Source: Antedon mediterranea (lineage: Eukaryota > Animalia > Echinodermata). From it: 64,000 nucleotides of DNA. The position numbers were made by a program, and so were the translations under genes. The stretch is from the NCBI RefSeq assembly GCF_964355755.1, contig NC_092680.1, positions 10,540,001 through 10,604,000 on the forward strand, written 5' to 3'. The notes under the pieces are model-generated. The model did not search any database, was not told where the DNA came from, and worked only from the letters and a program-made list of their open reading frames with translations. Each line of letters opens with the position of its first letter. The stretch's first letter is position 1. Positions 43,201 through 57,800 of the stretch are shown in pieces.

Positions 43201-43830
43201 ATCTCTCTCTCGCTGATCTATCCCTCTCTCGCTGATCTATTTCTCTCTCACTGATCTATCTGTGTCTTGCTGATCTATCTCTCTCTTGCTGATCTATCTG
43301 TGTCTCGCTGATCTATCTCTCTCTCGCTGATCTAACTCTCTCTCGCTGATCTATCTTTCTCGCTGATCTATCTCTATCTCGCTGATCTATCTCTATCTCG
43401 CAGATCTATCTCTTTCTCGCTGATCTATCTCTCTCTCGCTGATCTATCTCTCTCTCGCTGATCTATCTGTGTCTCGCTGATCTTTCTCTCTCTCTCGCTG
43501 ATCTAACTCTCTTTCGCTGATCTATCTCTCTCTCGCTGATCTATCTGTGTCTCGCTGATCTATCTCTCTCTCACTGATCTATCTGTGTCTCGCTGATCTA
43601 TCTCCCTCTCGCTGATCTATCTCTCTCTCGCTGATCTATCTCTCTCTCGCTGATCTATCTGTGTCTCGCTGATATATCTCTCTCTCTCGCTGATCTATCT
43701 CTCTCTCGCTGATCCATCTCACTCGCTGATCTATCTCTCTCTCGCTCATCTATCTCTCTCTCGCTGATCTATCTCTCTGTCGCTGATCTATCTCTCTCTC
43801 TCGCTGATCTATATCTCTCTCGCTGATCTA
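27820..43830. repeat. Copy 2 of the large segmental duplication (offset ~25.2-25.3 kb, then ~23.25 kb)
   Basis: Same ordered markers as 2515-20570. Lines 8101-8580 and 33301-33780 read identically at offset 25200. This copy lacks the 1970-bp expansion. Confidence 0.9.
31994..32063 (+). repeat. (TC)35 microsatellite, the longest pure TC run seen in the window
   Basis: Direct count of a 70-nt TC run; paralogous to the (TC)18 at 6700. Confidence 0.9.
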
Positions 43831-46800
43831 TCTCTCTCTCTCGCTGATCTATCTCTCTCTCGCTGATCTATATATCTCTCTGTCGCTGATCTATCTCTCT
43901 CTCGCTGACCTATCTCTCTCTCGCTGATCTATCTCTCTCTCGCTGATCTATCGCTCTCTCGCTGATCTATCTCTCTCTCTCGCTGATCTATCTCTCTCTC
44001 GCGGATCTATCTTTCTCTCTCTCTGATCTATCTCTCTCTCGCTGATCTATCCCTCTCTCGCTGATCTATCTCTCTCTCGCTGATCTATCCCTCTCTTGCT
44101 GATCTATCTCTCTCTCGCTGATCTATCCCTCTCTCGCTGATCTATCTCTCTCTCTCGCTGATCTATCTGTTTCTTGCTGATCTATCTCTCTCTCGCTGAT
44201 CTATCTGTGTCTCGCTGATCTATCTCTCTCTCGCTGATCTAACTCTCTCTCGCTGATCTATCTCTCTCTCGCTGATCTATCTGTGTCTCTCTAATCTTTA
44301 TCTCTCTCGCTGATATCCATCTCTCTGTCGCTTATCTATCTCTCTCTCGCTTATCTATCTCTATCTCGCTGATCTATCTCTCTCTCTCGCTGATCTATCT
44401 CTCTTTCGCTGATCTATCTCTCTGTCGCTGATCTATCTCTCTCTCGCTGATCTATTTCTCTGTCGTTGATCTATCTCTCTCTCGCTGATCTGTCTCTCTG
44501 TCGCTGATCTATCTCTCTCTCGCTAATCTATCTCTCTGTCGCTGATCTATCTCTCTCTCGCTTATCTATCTCTTTCTCGCTGATCTATCTCTCTCTTGCT
44601 GATCTATCTCTCTCTTGCTGATCTATCTCTCTCTCTCGCTGATCTATCTCTCTCTCGCTGATCTATCTCTCTTTCTCGCTGATCTATCTCTCTCTCGCTG
44701 ATCTATCTCTCTCTCGCTTATCTATCTCTCTCTCGCTGATATATCTCTCTCTCACTGATCTATCTCTCTCTCGCTGATCTATCTCTCTCTCGCTGATCTA
44801 TCTCTCTCTCTCTCGCTGATCTATCTGTGTCTCGCTGATCTATCTCTCTCTCTCGCTGATCTAACTCTCTTTCGCTGATCTATCTCTCTCTCGTTGATCT
44901 ATCTGTGTCTCGCTGATCTATCTCTCTCTCGCTGATCTATCTGTGTCTCGCTGATCTATCTCCCTCTCGCTGATCTATCTCTCTCTCGCTGATCTATCTC
45001 TCTCTCGCTGATCTATCTGTGTCTCGCTGATATATCTCTCTCTCTCTCGCTGATCTATCTCTCTCTCGCTGATCTATCTCTCTCGCTGATCTATCTCTCT
45101 CTCGCTGATCTATCTCTATCTCGCTGATCTATCTCTCTCTCGCTGATCTATCTCTATCTCGCTGATCTATCTCTCTCTCGTTGATCTATCTCTCTCTCGC
45201 TGATCTATCTCTCTCTCGCTGATCTACCTCTCTCTCTCGCTGATCTATCTCTCTCGCTGATCTATCTCTCTCTCTCTCGCTGATCTATCTCTTTCTCGCT
45301 GATCTATCGCTCTCTCGCTGATCTATCTGTGTCTTGCTGATCTATCTCTCTCTCGCTGATCTATCTGTGTCTCGCTGATCTATCTCTCTCTCGCTGATCT
45401 GTCTCTCTGTCGCTGATCTATCTCTCTCTCGCTAATCTATCTCTCTGTCGCTGATCTATCTCTCTCTCGCTTATCTATCTCTTTCTCGCTGATCTATCTC
45501 TCTCTTGCTGATCTATCTCTCTCTTGCTGATCTATCTCTCTCTCTCGCTGATCTATCGCTCTCTCGCTGATCTATCTCTCTCTCTCGCTGATCTATCTCT
45601 CTCTCTCGCGGATCTATCTCTCTCTCTCGCTGATCTATCTCTCTCTCGCTGATCTATCCCTCTCTCGCTGATCTATCTCTCTCTCGCTGATCTATCCCTC
45701 TCTTGCTGATCTATCTCTCTCTCGCTGATCTATCCCTCTCTCGCTGATCTATCTCTCTCTCTCGCTGATCTATCTGTGTCTTGCTGATCTATCTCTCTCT
45801 CGCTGATCTATCTGTGTCTCGCTGATCTATCTCTCTCTAGCTGATCTAACTCTCTCTCGCTGATCTATCTCTCTCTCGCTGATCTATCTGTGTCTCTCTA
45901 ATCTATATCTCTCTCGCTGATATCCATCTCTCTGTCGCTTATCTATCTCTCTCTCGCTTATCTATCTCTATCTCGCTGATCTATCTCTCTCTCTCGCTGA
46001 TCTATCTCTCTTTCGCTGATCTATCTCTCTGTCGCTGATCTATCTCTCTCTCGCTGATCTATTTCTCTGTCGTTGATCTATCTCTCTCTCACTGATCTGT
46101 CTCTCTGTCGCTGATCTATCTCTCTCTCGCTAATCTATCTCTCTGTCGCTGATCTATCTCTCTCTCGCTTATCTATCTCTTTCTCGCTGATCTATCTCTC
46201 TCTTGCTGATCTATCTCTCTCTTGCTGATCTATCTCTCTCTCTCGCTGATCTATCTCTCTCTCGCTGATCTATCTCTCTTTCTCGCTGATCTATCTCTCT
46301 CTCGCTGATCTATCTCTCTCTCGCTTATCTATCTCTCTCTCGCTGATATATCTCTCTCTCACTGATCTATCTCTCTCTCGCTGATCTATCTCTCTCTCGC
46401 TGATCTATCTCTCTCTCTCTCGCTGATCTATCTGTGTCTCGCTGATCTATCTCTCTCTCTCGCTGATCTAACTCTCTTTCGCTGATCTATCTCTCTCTCG
46501 CTGATCTATCTGTGTCTCGCTGATCTATCTCTCTCTCGCTGATCTATCTGTGTCTCGCTGATCTATCTCCCTCTCGCTGATCTATCTCTCTCTCGCTGAT
46601 CTATCTCTCTCTCGCTGATCTATCTGTGTCTCGCTGATATATCTCTCTCTCTCTCGCTGATCTATCTCTCTCTCGCTGATCTATCTCTCTCGCTGATCTA
46701 TCTCTCTCTCGCTGATCTATCTCTATCTCGCTGATCTATCTCTCTCTCGCTGATCTATCTCTATCTCGCTGATCTATCTCTCTCTCGTTGATCTATCTCT

Positions 46801-49800
46801 CTCTCGCTGATCTATCTCTCTCTCGCTGATCTACCTCTCTCTCTCGCTGATCTATCTCTCTCGCTGATCTATCTCTCTCTCTCTCGCTGATCTTTCTCTT
46901 TCTCGCTGATCTATCTCTCTCTCGCTGATCTATCTCTCTCTCGCTGATATATCTCTCTCTCGCTGATCTATCTCTCTCTCGCTGATCTATCTCTCTCGCT
47001 GATCTATCGCTCTCTCGCTGATCTATCTCTCTCTCTCGCTGATCTATCTCTCTCTCGCGGATCTATCTCTCTCTCTCTCTGATCTATCTCTCTCTCGCTG
47101 ATCTATCCCTCTCTCGCTGATCTATCTCTCTCTCGCTGATCTATCCCTCTCTCCTCGATCTATCTCTCTCTCGCTGATCTATCTCTCTCTCGCTGATCTA
47201 TCTCTCTCTCGCTGATCTATCTGTGTCTCGCTGATCTATCTCTCTCTCTCTCGCTGATCTAACTCTCTTTCGCTGATCTATCTCTCTCTCTGATCTATCT
47301 GTGTCTCGCTGATCTATCTCTCTCTCGCTGATCTATCTGTGTCTCGCTGATCTATCTCCCTCTCGCTGATCTATCTCTCTCTCGCTGATCTATCTCTCTC
47401 TCGCTGATCTATCTGTGTCTCGCTGATATATCCCTCTCTCTCTCTCTCTCGCTGATCTATCTGTGTCTCGCTGATATATCCCTCTCTCTCTCTCTCTCGC
47501 TGATCTATCTCTCTCGCTGATCTATCTCTCTGTCGCTGATCTATCTCTCTCTCGCTGATCTATCTCTCTGTCGCTGATCTATCTCTCTCTCGCTGATCTA
47601 TATCTCTCTCGCTGATCTCTCTCTCTCTCGCTGATCTATCTCTCTCTCGCTGATCTATCTCTCTCTCGCTGATCTATCTCTCTCTCGCTGATCTATCTCT
47701 CTCTCGCTGATCTATCTCTCTCTCTCTCTCTCGCTGATCTATCTCTCTCTCGCTGATCTATCTCTCTCTCTCGCTGATCTATCTCTCTCTCGCTGATCTA
47801 TCTCTCTCTCGCTGATCTATCTCTCTCTCGCTGATATATCTCTCTCTCGCTGATCTATCTCTCTCTCGCTGATCTATCTCTCTCTCGCTGATCTATCGCT
47901 CTCTCGCTGATCTATCTCTCTCTCTCGCTGATCTATCTCTCTCTCGCGGATCTATCACTCTCTCTCTCTCTGATCTATCTCTCTCTCGCTGATCTATCCC
48001 TCTCTCGCTGATCTATCTCTCTCTCGCTGATCTATCCCTCTCTCCTCGATCTATCTCTCTCTCGCTGATCTATCCCTCTCTCGCTGATCTATCTCTCTCT
48101 CGCTGATCTATCTGTGTCTTGCTGATCTATCTCTCTCTTGCTGATCTATCTGTGTCTCGCTGATCTATCTCTCTCTCGCTGATCTAACTCTCTCTCGCTG
48201 ATCTATCTCTCTCGCTGATCTATCTCTATCTCGCTGATCTATCTCTATCTCGCTGATCTATCTCTTTCTCGCTGATCTATCTCTCTCTCGCTGATCTATC
48301 TCTCTCTCGCTGATCTATCTGTGTCTCGCTGATCTTTCTCTCTCTCTCGCTGATCTAACTCTCTTTCGCTGATCTATCTCTCTCTCGCTGATCTATCTGT
48401 GTCTCGCTGATCTATCTCTCTATCACTGATCTATCTGTGTCTCGCTGATCTATCTCCCTCTCGCTGATCTATCTCTCTCTCGCTGATCTATCTCTCTCTC
48501 GCTGATCTATCTGTGTCTCGCTGATATATCTCTCTCTCTCTCGCTGATCTATCTCTCTCTCGCTGATCCATCTCTCTCGCTGATCTATCTCTCTCTCACT
48601 CATCTATCTCTCTGTCGCTGATCTATCTCTCTGTCGCTGATCTATCTCTCTCTCTCGCTGATCTATATCTCTCTCGCTGATCTATCTCTCTCTCTCGCTG
48701 ATCTATCTCTCTCTCGCTGATCTATCTATCTCTCTGTCGCTGATCTATCTCTCTCTCGCTGATCTATCTCTCTGTCGTTGATCTATCTCTCTCTCGCTCA
48801 TCTATCTCTCTCTCGCTGATCTATCTCTCTCTCGCTGATCTATCCCTCTCTCCTCGATCTATCTCTCTCTCGCTGATCTATCTCTCTCTCTCGCTGATCT
48901 ATCTGTGTCTCGCTGATCTATCTCTCTCTCTCTCTCTCGCTGATCTAACTCTCTTTCGCTGATCTATCTCTCTCTCTCTGATCTATCTGTGTCTCGCTGA
49001 TCTATCTCTCTCTCTCGCGTATCTATCTGTGTCTCGCTGATCAATCTCCCTCTCGCTGATCTATCTCTCTCTCGCTGATCTATCTCTCTCTCGCTGATCT
49101 ATCTGTGTCTCGCTGATATATCCCTCTCTCTCTCTCTCTCTCGCTGATCTATCTCTCTCGCTGATCTATCTCTCTCGCTGATCTATATCTATGTCGCTGA
49201 TCTATCTCTCTCTCGCTGATCTATCTCTCTGTCGCTGATCTATCTCTCTCTCGCTGATCTATATCTCTCTCGCTGATCTCTCTCTCTCTCGCTGATCTAT
49301 CTCTCTCTCGCTGATCTATCTCTCTCTCGCTGATCTATCTCTCTCTCGCTGATCTATCTCTCTCTCGCTGATCTCTCTCTCTCTCTCTCTCTGGCTGATC
49401 TATCTCTCTCTCGCTGATCTATCTCTCTCTCTCGCTGATCTATCTCTCTCTCGCTGATCTATCTCTCTCTCGCTGATCTATCTCTCTCTCGCTGATATAT
49501 CTCTCTCTCGCTGATCTATCTCTCTCCTCGCTGATCTATCTCTCTAACGCTGATCTATCGCTCTCTCGCTGATCTATCTCTCTCTCTCGCTGATCTATCT
49601 CTCTCTCGCGGATCTATCACTCTCTCTCTCTGATCTATCTCTCTCTCGCTGATCTATCCCTCTCTCGCTGATCTATCTCTCTCTCGCTGATCTATCCCTC
49701 TCTCCTCGATCTATCTCTCTCTCGCTGATCTATCCCTCTCTCGCTGATCTATTTCTCTCTCACTGATCTATCTGTGTCTTGCTGATCTATCTCTCTCTTG

Positions 49801-52800
49801 CTGATCTATCTGTGTCTCGCTGATCTATCTCTCTCTCGCTGATCTAACTCTCTCTCGCTGATCTATCTTTCTCGCTGATCTATCTCTATCTCGCTGATCT
49901 ATCTCTATCTCGCAGATCTATCTCTTTCTCGCTGATCTATCTCTCTCTCGCTGATCTATCTCTCTCTCGCTGATCTATCTCTCTCTCGCTGATCTATCTG
50001 TGTCTCGCTGATATATCTCTCTCTCTCTCGCTGATCTATCTCTCTCTCGCTGATCCATCTCTCTCGCTGATCTATCTCTCTCTCACTCATCTATCTCTCT
50101 GTCGCTGATCTATCTCTCTGTCGCTGATCTATCTCTCTCTCTCGCTGATCTATATCTCTCTCGCTGATCTATCTCTCTCTCTCGCTGATCTATCTCTCTC
50201 TCGCTGATCTATCTATCTCTCTGTCGCTGATCTATCTCTCTCCCGCTGATCTATCTCTCTGTCGTTGATCTATCTCTCTCTCGCTCATCTATCTCTCTCT
50301 CGCTGATCTATCTCTCTCTCGCTGATCTATCCCTCTCTCCTTGATCTATCTCTCTCTCGCTGATCTATCTCTCTCTCTCGCTGATCTATCTGTGTCTCGC
50401 TGATCTATCTCTCTCTCTCTCTCTCGCTGATCTAACTCTCTTTCGCTGATCTATCTCTCTCTCTCTGATCTATCTGTGTCTCGCTGATCTATCTCTCTCT
50501 CTCGCGTATCTATCTGTGTCTCGCTGATCTATCTCCCTCTCGCTGATCTATCTCTCTCTCGCTGATCTATCTCTCTCTCGCTGATCTATCTGTGTCTCGC
50601 TGATATATCCCTCTCTCTCTCTCTCTCTCGCTGATCTATCTCTCTCGCTGATCTATCTCTCTCGCTGATCTATATCTATGTCACTGATCTATCTCTCTCT
50701 CGCTGATCTATCTCTCTGTCGCTGATCTATCTCTCTCTCGCTGATCTATATCTCTCTCGCTGATCTCTCTCTCTCTCGCTGATCTATCTCTCTCTCGCTG
50801 ATCTATCTCTCTCTCGCTGATCTATCTCTCTCTCGCTGATCTATCTCTCTCTCGCTGATCTCTCTCTCTCTCTCTCTCGCTGATCTATCTCTCTCTCGCT
50901 GATCTATCTCTCTCTCTCGCTGATCTATCTCTCTCTCGCTGATCTATCTCTCTCTCGCTGATCTATCTCTCTCTCGCTGATATATCTCTCTCTCGCTGAT
51001 CTATCTCTCTCTCGCTGATCTATCTCTCTAACGCTGATCTATCGCTCTCTCGCTGATCTATCTCTCTCTCTCGCTGATCTATCTCTCTCTCGCGGATCTA
51101 TCACTCTCTCTCTCTGATCTATCTCTCTCTCGCTGATCTATCCCTCTCTCGCTGATCTATCTCTCTCTCGCTGATCTATCCCTCTCTCCTCGATCTATCT
51201 CTCTCTCGCTGATCTATCCCTCTCTCGCTGATCTATTTCTCTCTCACTGATCTATCTGTGTCTTGCTGATCTATCTCTCTCTTGCTGATCTATCTGTGTC
51301 TCGCTGATCTATCTCTCTCTCGCTGATCTAACTCTCTCTCGCTGATCTATCTTTCTCGCTGATCTATCTCTATCTCGCTGATCTATCTCTATCTCGCAGA
51401 TCTATCTCTTTCTCGCTGATCTATCTCTCTCTCGCTGATCTATCTCTCTCTCGCTGATCTATCTGTGTCTCGCTGATCTTTCTCTCTCTCTCGCTGATCT
51501 AACTCTCTTTCGCTGATCTATCTCTCTCTCGCTGATCTATCTGTGTCTCGCTGATCTATCTCTCTCTCACTGATCTATCTGTGTCTCGCTGATCTATCTC
51601 CCTCTCGCTGATCTATCTCTCTCTCGCTGATCTATCTCTCTCTCGCTGATCTATCTGTGTCTCGCTGATATATCTCTCTCTCTCGCTGATCTATCTCTCT
51701 CTCGCTGATCCATCTCACTCGCTGATCTATCTCTCTCTCGCTCATCTATCTCTCTCTCGCTGATCTATCTCTCTGTCGCTGATCTATCTCTCTCTCTCTC
51801 GCTGATCTATATCTCTCTCGCTGATCTATCTCTCTCTCTCGCTGATCTATCTCTCTCTCGCTGATCTATATATCTCTCTGTCGCTGATCTATCTCTCTCT
51901 CGCTGACCTATCTCTCTCTCGCTGATCTATCTCTCTCTCGCTGATCTATCGCTCTCTCGCTGATCTATCTCTCTCTCTCGCTGATCTATCTCTCTCTCGC
52001 GGATCTATCTTTCTCTCTCTCTGATCTATCTCTCTCTCGCTGATCTATCCCTCTCTCGCTGATCTATCTCTCTCTCGCTGATCTATCCCTCTCTTGCTGA
52101 TCTATCTCTCTCTCGCTGATCTATCCCTCTCTCGCTGATCTATCTCTCTCTCTCGCTGATCTATCTGTGTCTTGCTGATCTATCTCTCTCTCGCTGATCT
52201 ATCTGTGTCTCGCTGATCTATCTCTCTCTCGCTGATCTAACTCTCTCTCGCTGATCTATCTCTCTCTCGCTGATCTATCTGTGTCTCTCTAATCTTTATC
52301 TCTCTCGCTGATATCCATCTCTATGTCGCTTATCTATCTCTCTCTCGCTTATCTATCTCTATCTCGCTGATCTATCTCTCTCTCTCGCTGATCTATCTCT
52401 CTTTCGCTGATCTATCTCTCTGTCGCTGATCTATCTCTCTCTCGCTGATCTATTTCTCTGTCGTTGATCTATCTCTCTCTCGCTGATCTGTCTCTCTGTC
52501 GCTGATCTATCTCTCTCTCGCTAATCTATCTCTCTGTCGCTGATCTATCTCTCTCTCGCTTATCTATCTCTTTCTCGCTGATCTATCTCTCTCTTGCTGA
52601 TCTATCTCTCTCTTGCTGATCTATCTCTCTCTCTCGCTGATCTATCTCTCTCTCGCTGATCTATCTCTCTTTCTCGCTGATCTATCTCTCTCTCGCTGAT
52701 CTATCTCTCTCTCGCTTATCTATCTCTCTCTCGCTGATATATCTCTCTCTCACTGATCTATCTCTCTCTCGCTGATCTATCTCTCTCTCGCTGATCTATC

Positions 52801-54820
52801 TCTCTCTCTCTCGCTGATCTATCTGTGTCTCGCTGATCTATCTCTCTCTCTCGCTGATCTAACTCTCTTTCGCTGATCTATCTCTCTCTCGTTGATCTAT
52901 CTGTGTCTCGCTGATCTATCTCTCTCTCGCTGATCTATCTGTGTCTCGCTGATCTATCTCCCTCTCGCTGATCTATCTCTCTCTCGCTGATCTATCTCTC
53001 TCTCGCTGATCTATCTGTGTCTCGCTGATATATCTCTCTCTCTCTCGCTGATCTATCTCTCTCTCGCTGATCTATCTCTCTCGCTGATCTATCTCTCTCT
53101 CGCTGATCTATCTCTATCTCGCTGATCTATCTCTCTCTCGCTGATCTATCTCTATCTCGCTGATCTATCTCTCTCTCGTTGATCTATCTCTCTCTCGCTG
53201 ATCTATCTCTCTCTCGCTGATCTACCTCTCTCTCTCGCTGATCTATCTCTCTCGCTGATCTATCTCTCTCTCTCTCGCTGATCTATCTCTTTCTCGCTGA
53301 TCTATCGCTCTCTCGCTGATCTATCTGTGTCTTGCTGATCTATCTCTCTCTCGCTGATCTATCTGTGTCTCGCTGATCTATCTCTCTCTCGCTGATCTGT
53401 CTCTCTGTCGCTGATCTATCTCTCTCTCGCTAATCTATCTCTCTGTCGCTGATCTATCTCTCTCTCGCTTATCTATCTCTTTCTCGCTGATCTATCTCTC
53501 TCTTGCTGATCTATCTCTCTCTTGTTGATCTATCTCTCTCTCTCGCTGATCTATCGCTCTCTCGCTGATCTATCTCTCTCTCTCGCTGATCTATCTCTCT
53601 CTCGCGGATCTATCTCTCTCTCTCGCTGATCTATCTCTCTCTCGCTGATCTATCCCTCTCTCGCTGATCTATCTCTCTCTCGCTGATCTATCCCTCTCTT
53701 GCTGATCTATCTCTCTCTCGCTGATCTATCCCTCTCTCGCTGATCTATCTCTCTCTCTCGCTGATCTATCTGTGTCTTGCTGATCTATCTCTCTCTCGCT
53801 GATCTATCTGTGTCTCGCTGATCTATCTCTCTCTAGCTGATCTAACTCTCTCTCGCTGATCTATCTCTCTCTCGCTGATCTATCTGTGTCTCTCTAATCT
53901 ATATCTCTCTCGCTGATATCCATCTCTCTGTCGCTTATCTATCTCTCTCTCGCTTATCTATCTCTATCTCGCTGATCTATCTCTCTCTCTCGCTGATCTA
54001 TCTCTCTTTCGCTGATCTATCTCTCTGTCGCTGATCTATCTCTCTCTCGCTGATCTATTTCTCTGTCGTTGATCTATCTCTCTCTCGCTGATCTGTCTCT
54101 CTGTCGCTGATCTATCTCTCTCTCGCTAATCTATCTCTCTGTCGCTGATCTATCTCTCTCTCGCTTATCTATCTCTTTCTCGCTGATCTATCTCTCTCTT
54201 GCTGATCTATCTCTCTCTTGCTGATCTATCTCTCTCTCTCGCTGATCTATCTCTCTCTCGCTGATCTATCTCTCTTTCTCGCTGATCTATCTCTCTCTCG
54301 CTGATCTATCTCTCTCTCGCTTATCTATCTCTCTCTCGCTGATATATCTCTCTCTCACTGATCTATCTCTCTCTCGCTGATCTATCTCTCTCTCGCTGAT
54401 CTATCTCTCTCTCTCTCGCTGATCTATCTGTTTCTCGCTGATCTATCTCTCTCTCTCGCTGATCTAACTCTCTTTCGCTGATCTATCTCTCTCTCGCTGA
54501 TCTATCTGTGTCTCGCTGATCTATCTCTCTCTCGCTGATCTATCTGTGTCTCGCTGATCTATCTCCCTCTCGCTGATCTATCTCTCTCTCGCTGATCTAT
54601 CTCTCTCTCGCTGATCTATCTGTGTCTCGCTGATATATCTCTCTCTCTCTCGCTGATCTATCTCTCTCTCGCTGATCTATCTCTCTCGCTGATCTATCTC
54701 TCTCTCGCTGATCTATCTCTATCTCGCTGATCTATCTCTCTCTCGCTGATCTATCTCTATCTCACTGATCTATCTCTCTCTCGTTGATCTATCTCTCTCT
54801 CGCTGATCTATCTCTCTCTC
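37560..54820. repeat. ~8.0 kb tandem higher-order repeat: two full units (~37560-45555, ~45555-53550) plus a partial third
   Basis: ATCTATGTCA 42676/50674; TCCATCTCAC 43713/51709; GATCTATCGCTCTCTCGCTGATCTATCTGTGTCTTG 45301/53299 (offsets 7996-7998). Confidence 0.9.
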
Positions 54821-57800
54821 GCTGATCTATCTCTCTCTCGCGGATCTATCACTCTCTCTCTCTGATCTATCTCTCTCTCGCTGATCTATCCCTCTCTCGC
54901 TGATCTATCTCTCTCTCGCTGATCTATCCCTCTCTCCTCGATCTATCTCTCTCTCGCTGATCTATCCCTCTCTCGCTGATCTATTTCTCTCTCACTGATC
55001 TATCTGTGTCTTGCTGATCTATCTCTCTCTTGCTGATCTATCTGTGTCTCGCTGATCTATCTCTCTCTCGCTGATCTAACTCTCTCTCGCTGATCTATCT
55101 TTCTCGCTGATCTATCTCTATCTCGCTGATCTATCTCTATCTCGCAGATCTATCTCTTTCTCGCTGATCTATCTCTCTCTCGCTGATCTATCTCTCTCTC
55201 GCTGATCTATCTGTGTCTCGCTGATCTTTCTCTCTCTCTCGCTGATCTAACTCTCTTTCGCTGATCTATCTCTCTCTCGCTGATCTATCTGTGTCTCGCT
55301 GATCTATCTCTCTCTCACTGATCTATCTGTGTCTCGCTGATCTATCTCCCTCTCGCTGATCTATCTCTCTCTCGCTGATCTATCTCTCTCTCGCTGATCT
55401 ATCTGTGTCTCGCTGATATATCTCTCTCTCTCGCTGATCTATCTCTCTCTCGCTGATCCATCTCACTCGCTGATCTATCTCTCTCTCGCTCATCTATCTC
55501 TCTCTCGCTGATCTATCTCTCTGTCGCTGATCTATCTCTCTCTCTCTCGCTGATCTATATCTCTCTCGCTGATCTATCTCTCTCTCTCGCTGATCTATCT
55601 CTCTCTCGCTGATCTATATATCTCTCTGTCGCTGATCTATCTCTCTCTCGCTGACCTATCTCTCTCTCGCTGATCTATCTCTCTCTCGCTGATCTATCGC
55701 TCTCTCGCTGATCTATCTCTCTCTCTCGCTGATCTATCTCTCTCTCGCGGATCTATCTTTCTCTCTCTCTGATCTATCTCTCTCTCGCTGATCTATCCCT
55801 CTCTCGCTGATCTATCTCTCTCTCGCTGATCTATCCCTCTCTTGCTGATCTATCTCTCTCTCGCTGATCTATCCCTCTCTCGCTGATCTATCTCTCTCTC
55901 TCGCTGATCTATCTGTGTCTTGCTGATCTATCTCTCTCTCGCTGATCTATCTGTGTCTCGCTGATCTATCTCTCTCTCGCTGATCTAACTCTCTCTCGCT
56001 GATCTATCTCTCTCTCGCTGATCTATCTGTGTCTCTCTAATCTTTATCTCTCTCGCTGATATCCATCTCTATGTCGCTTATCTATCTCTCTCTCGCTTAT
56101 CTATCTCTATCTCGCTGATCTATCTCTCTCTCTCGCTGATCTATCTCTCTTTCGCTGATCTATCTCTCTGTCGCTGATCTATCTCTCTCTCGCTGATCTA
56201 TTTCTCTGTCGTTGATCTATCTCTCTCTCGCTGATCTGTCTCTCTGTCGCTGATCTATCTCTCTCTCGCTAATCTATCTCTCTGTCGCTGATCTATCTCT
56301 CTCTCGCTTATCTATCTCTTTCTCGCTGATCTATCTCTCTCTTGCTGATCTATCTCTCTCTTGCTGATCTATCTCTCTCTCTCGCTGATCTATCTCTCTC
56401 TCGCTGATCTATCTCTCTTTCTCGCTGATCTATCTCTCTCTCGCTGATCTATCTCTCTCTCGCTTATCTATCTCTCTCTCGCTGATATATCTCTCTCTCA
56501 CTGATCTATCTCTCTCTCGCTGATCTATCTCTCTCTCGCTGATCTATCTCTCTCTCTCTCGCTGATCTATCTGTGTCTCGCTGATCTATCTCTCTCTCTC
56601 GCTGATCTAACTCTCTTTCGCTGATCTATCTCTCTCTCGTTGATCTATCTGTGTCTCGCTGATCTATCTCTCTCTCGCTGATCTATCTGTGTCTCGCTGA
56701 TCTATCTCCCTCTCGCTGATCTATCTCTCTCTCGCTGATCTATCTCTCTCTCGCTGATCTATCTGTGTCTCGCTGATATATCTCTCTCTCTCTCGCTGAT
56801 CTATCTCTCTCTCGCTGATCTATCTCTCTCGCTGATCTATCTCTCTCTCGCTGATCTATCTCTATCTCGCTGATCTATCTCTCTCTCGCTGATCTATCTC
56901 TATCTCGCTGATCTATCTCTCTCTCGTTGATCTATCTCTCTCTCGCTGATCTATCTCTCTCTCGCTGATCTACCTCTCTCTCTCGCTGATCTATCTCTCT
57001 CGCTGATCTATCTCTCTCTCTCTCGCTGATCTATCTCTTTCTCGCTGATCTATCGCTCTCTCGCTGATCTATCTGTGTCTTGCTGATCTATCTCTCTCTC
57101 GCTGATCTATCTGTGTCTCGCTGATCTATCTCTCTCTCGCTGATCTGTCTCTCTGTCGCTGATCTATCTCTCTCTCGCTAATCTATCTCTCTGTCGCTGA
57201 TCTATCTCTCTCTCGCTTATCTATCTCTTTCTCGCTGATCTATCTCTCTCTTGCTGATCTATCTCTCTCTTGTTGATCTATCTCTCTCTCTCGCTGATCT
57301 ATCGCTCTCTCGCTGATCTATCTCTCTCTCTCGCTGATCTATCTCTCTCTCGCGGATCTATCTCTCTCTCTCGCTGATCTATCTCTCTCTCGCTGATCTA
57401 TCCCTCTCTCGCTGATCTATCTCTCTCTCGCTGATCTATCCCTCTCTTGCTGATCTATCTCTCTCTCGCTGATCTATCCCTCTCTCGCTGATCTATCTCT
57501 CTCTCTCGCTGATCTATCTGTGTCTTGCTGATCTATCTCTCTCTCGCTGATCTATCTGTGTCTCGCTGATCTATCTCTCTCTAGCTGATCTAACTCTCTC
57601 TCGCTGATCTATCTCTCTCTCGCTGATCTATCTGTGTCTCTCTAATCTATATCTCTCTCGCTGATATCCATCTCTCTGTCGCTTATCTATCTCTCTCTCG
57701 CTTATCTATCTCTATCTCGCTGATCTATCTCTCTCTCTCGCTGATCTATCTCTCTTTCGCTGATCTATCTCTCTGTCGCTGATCTATCTCTCTCTCGCTG

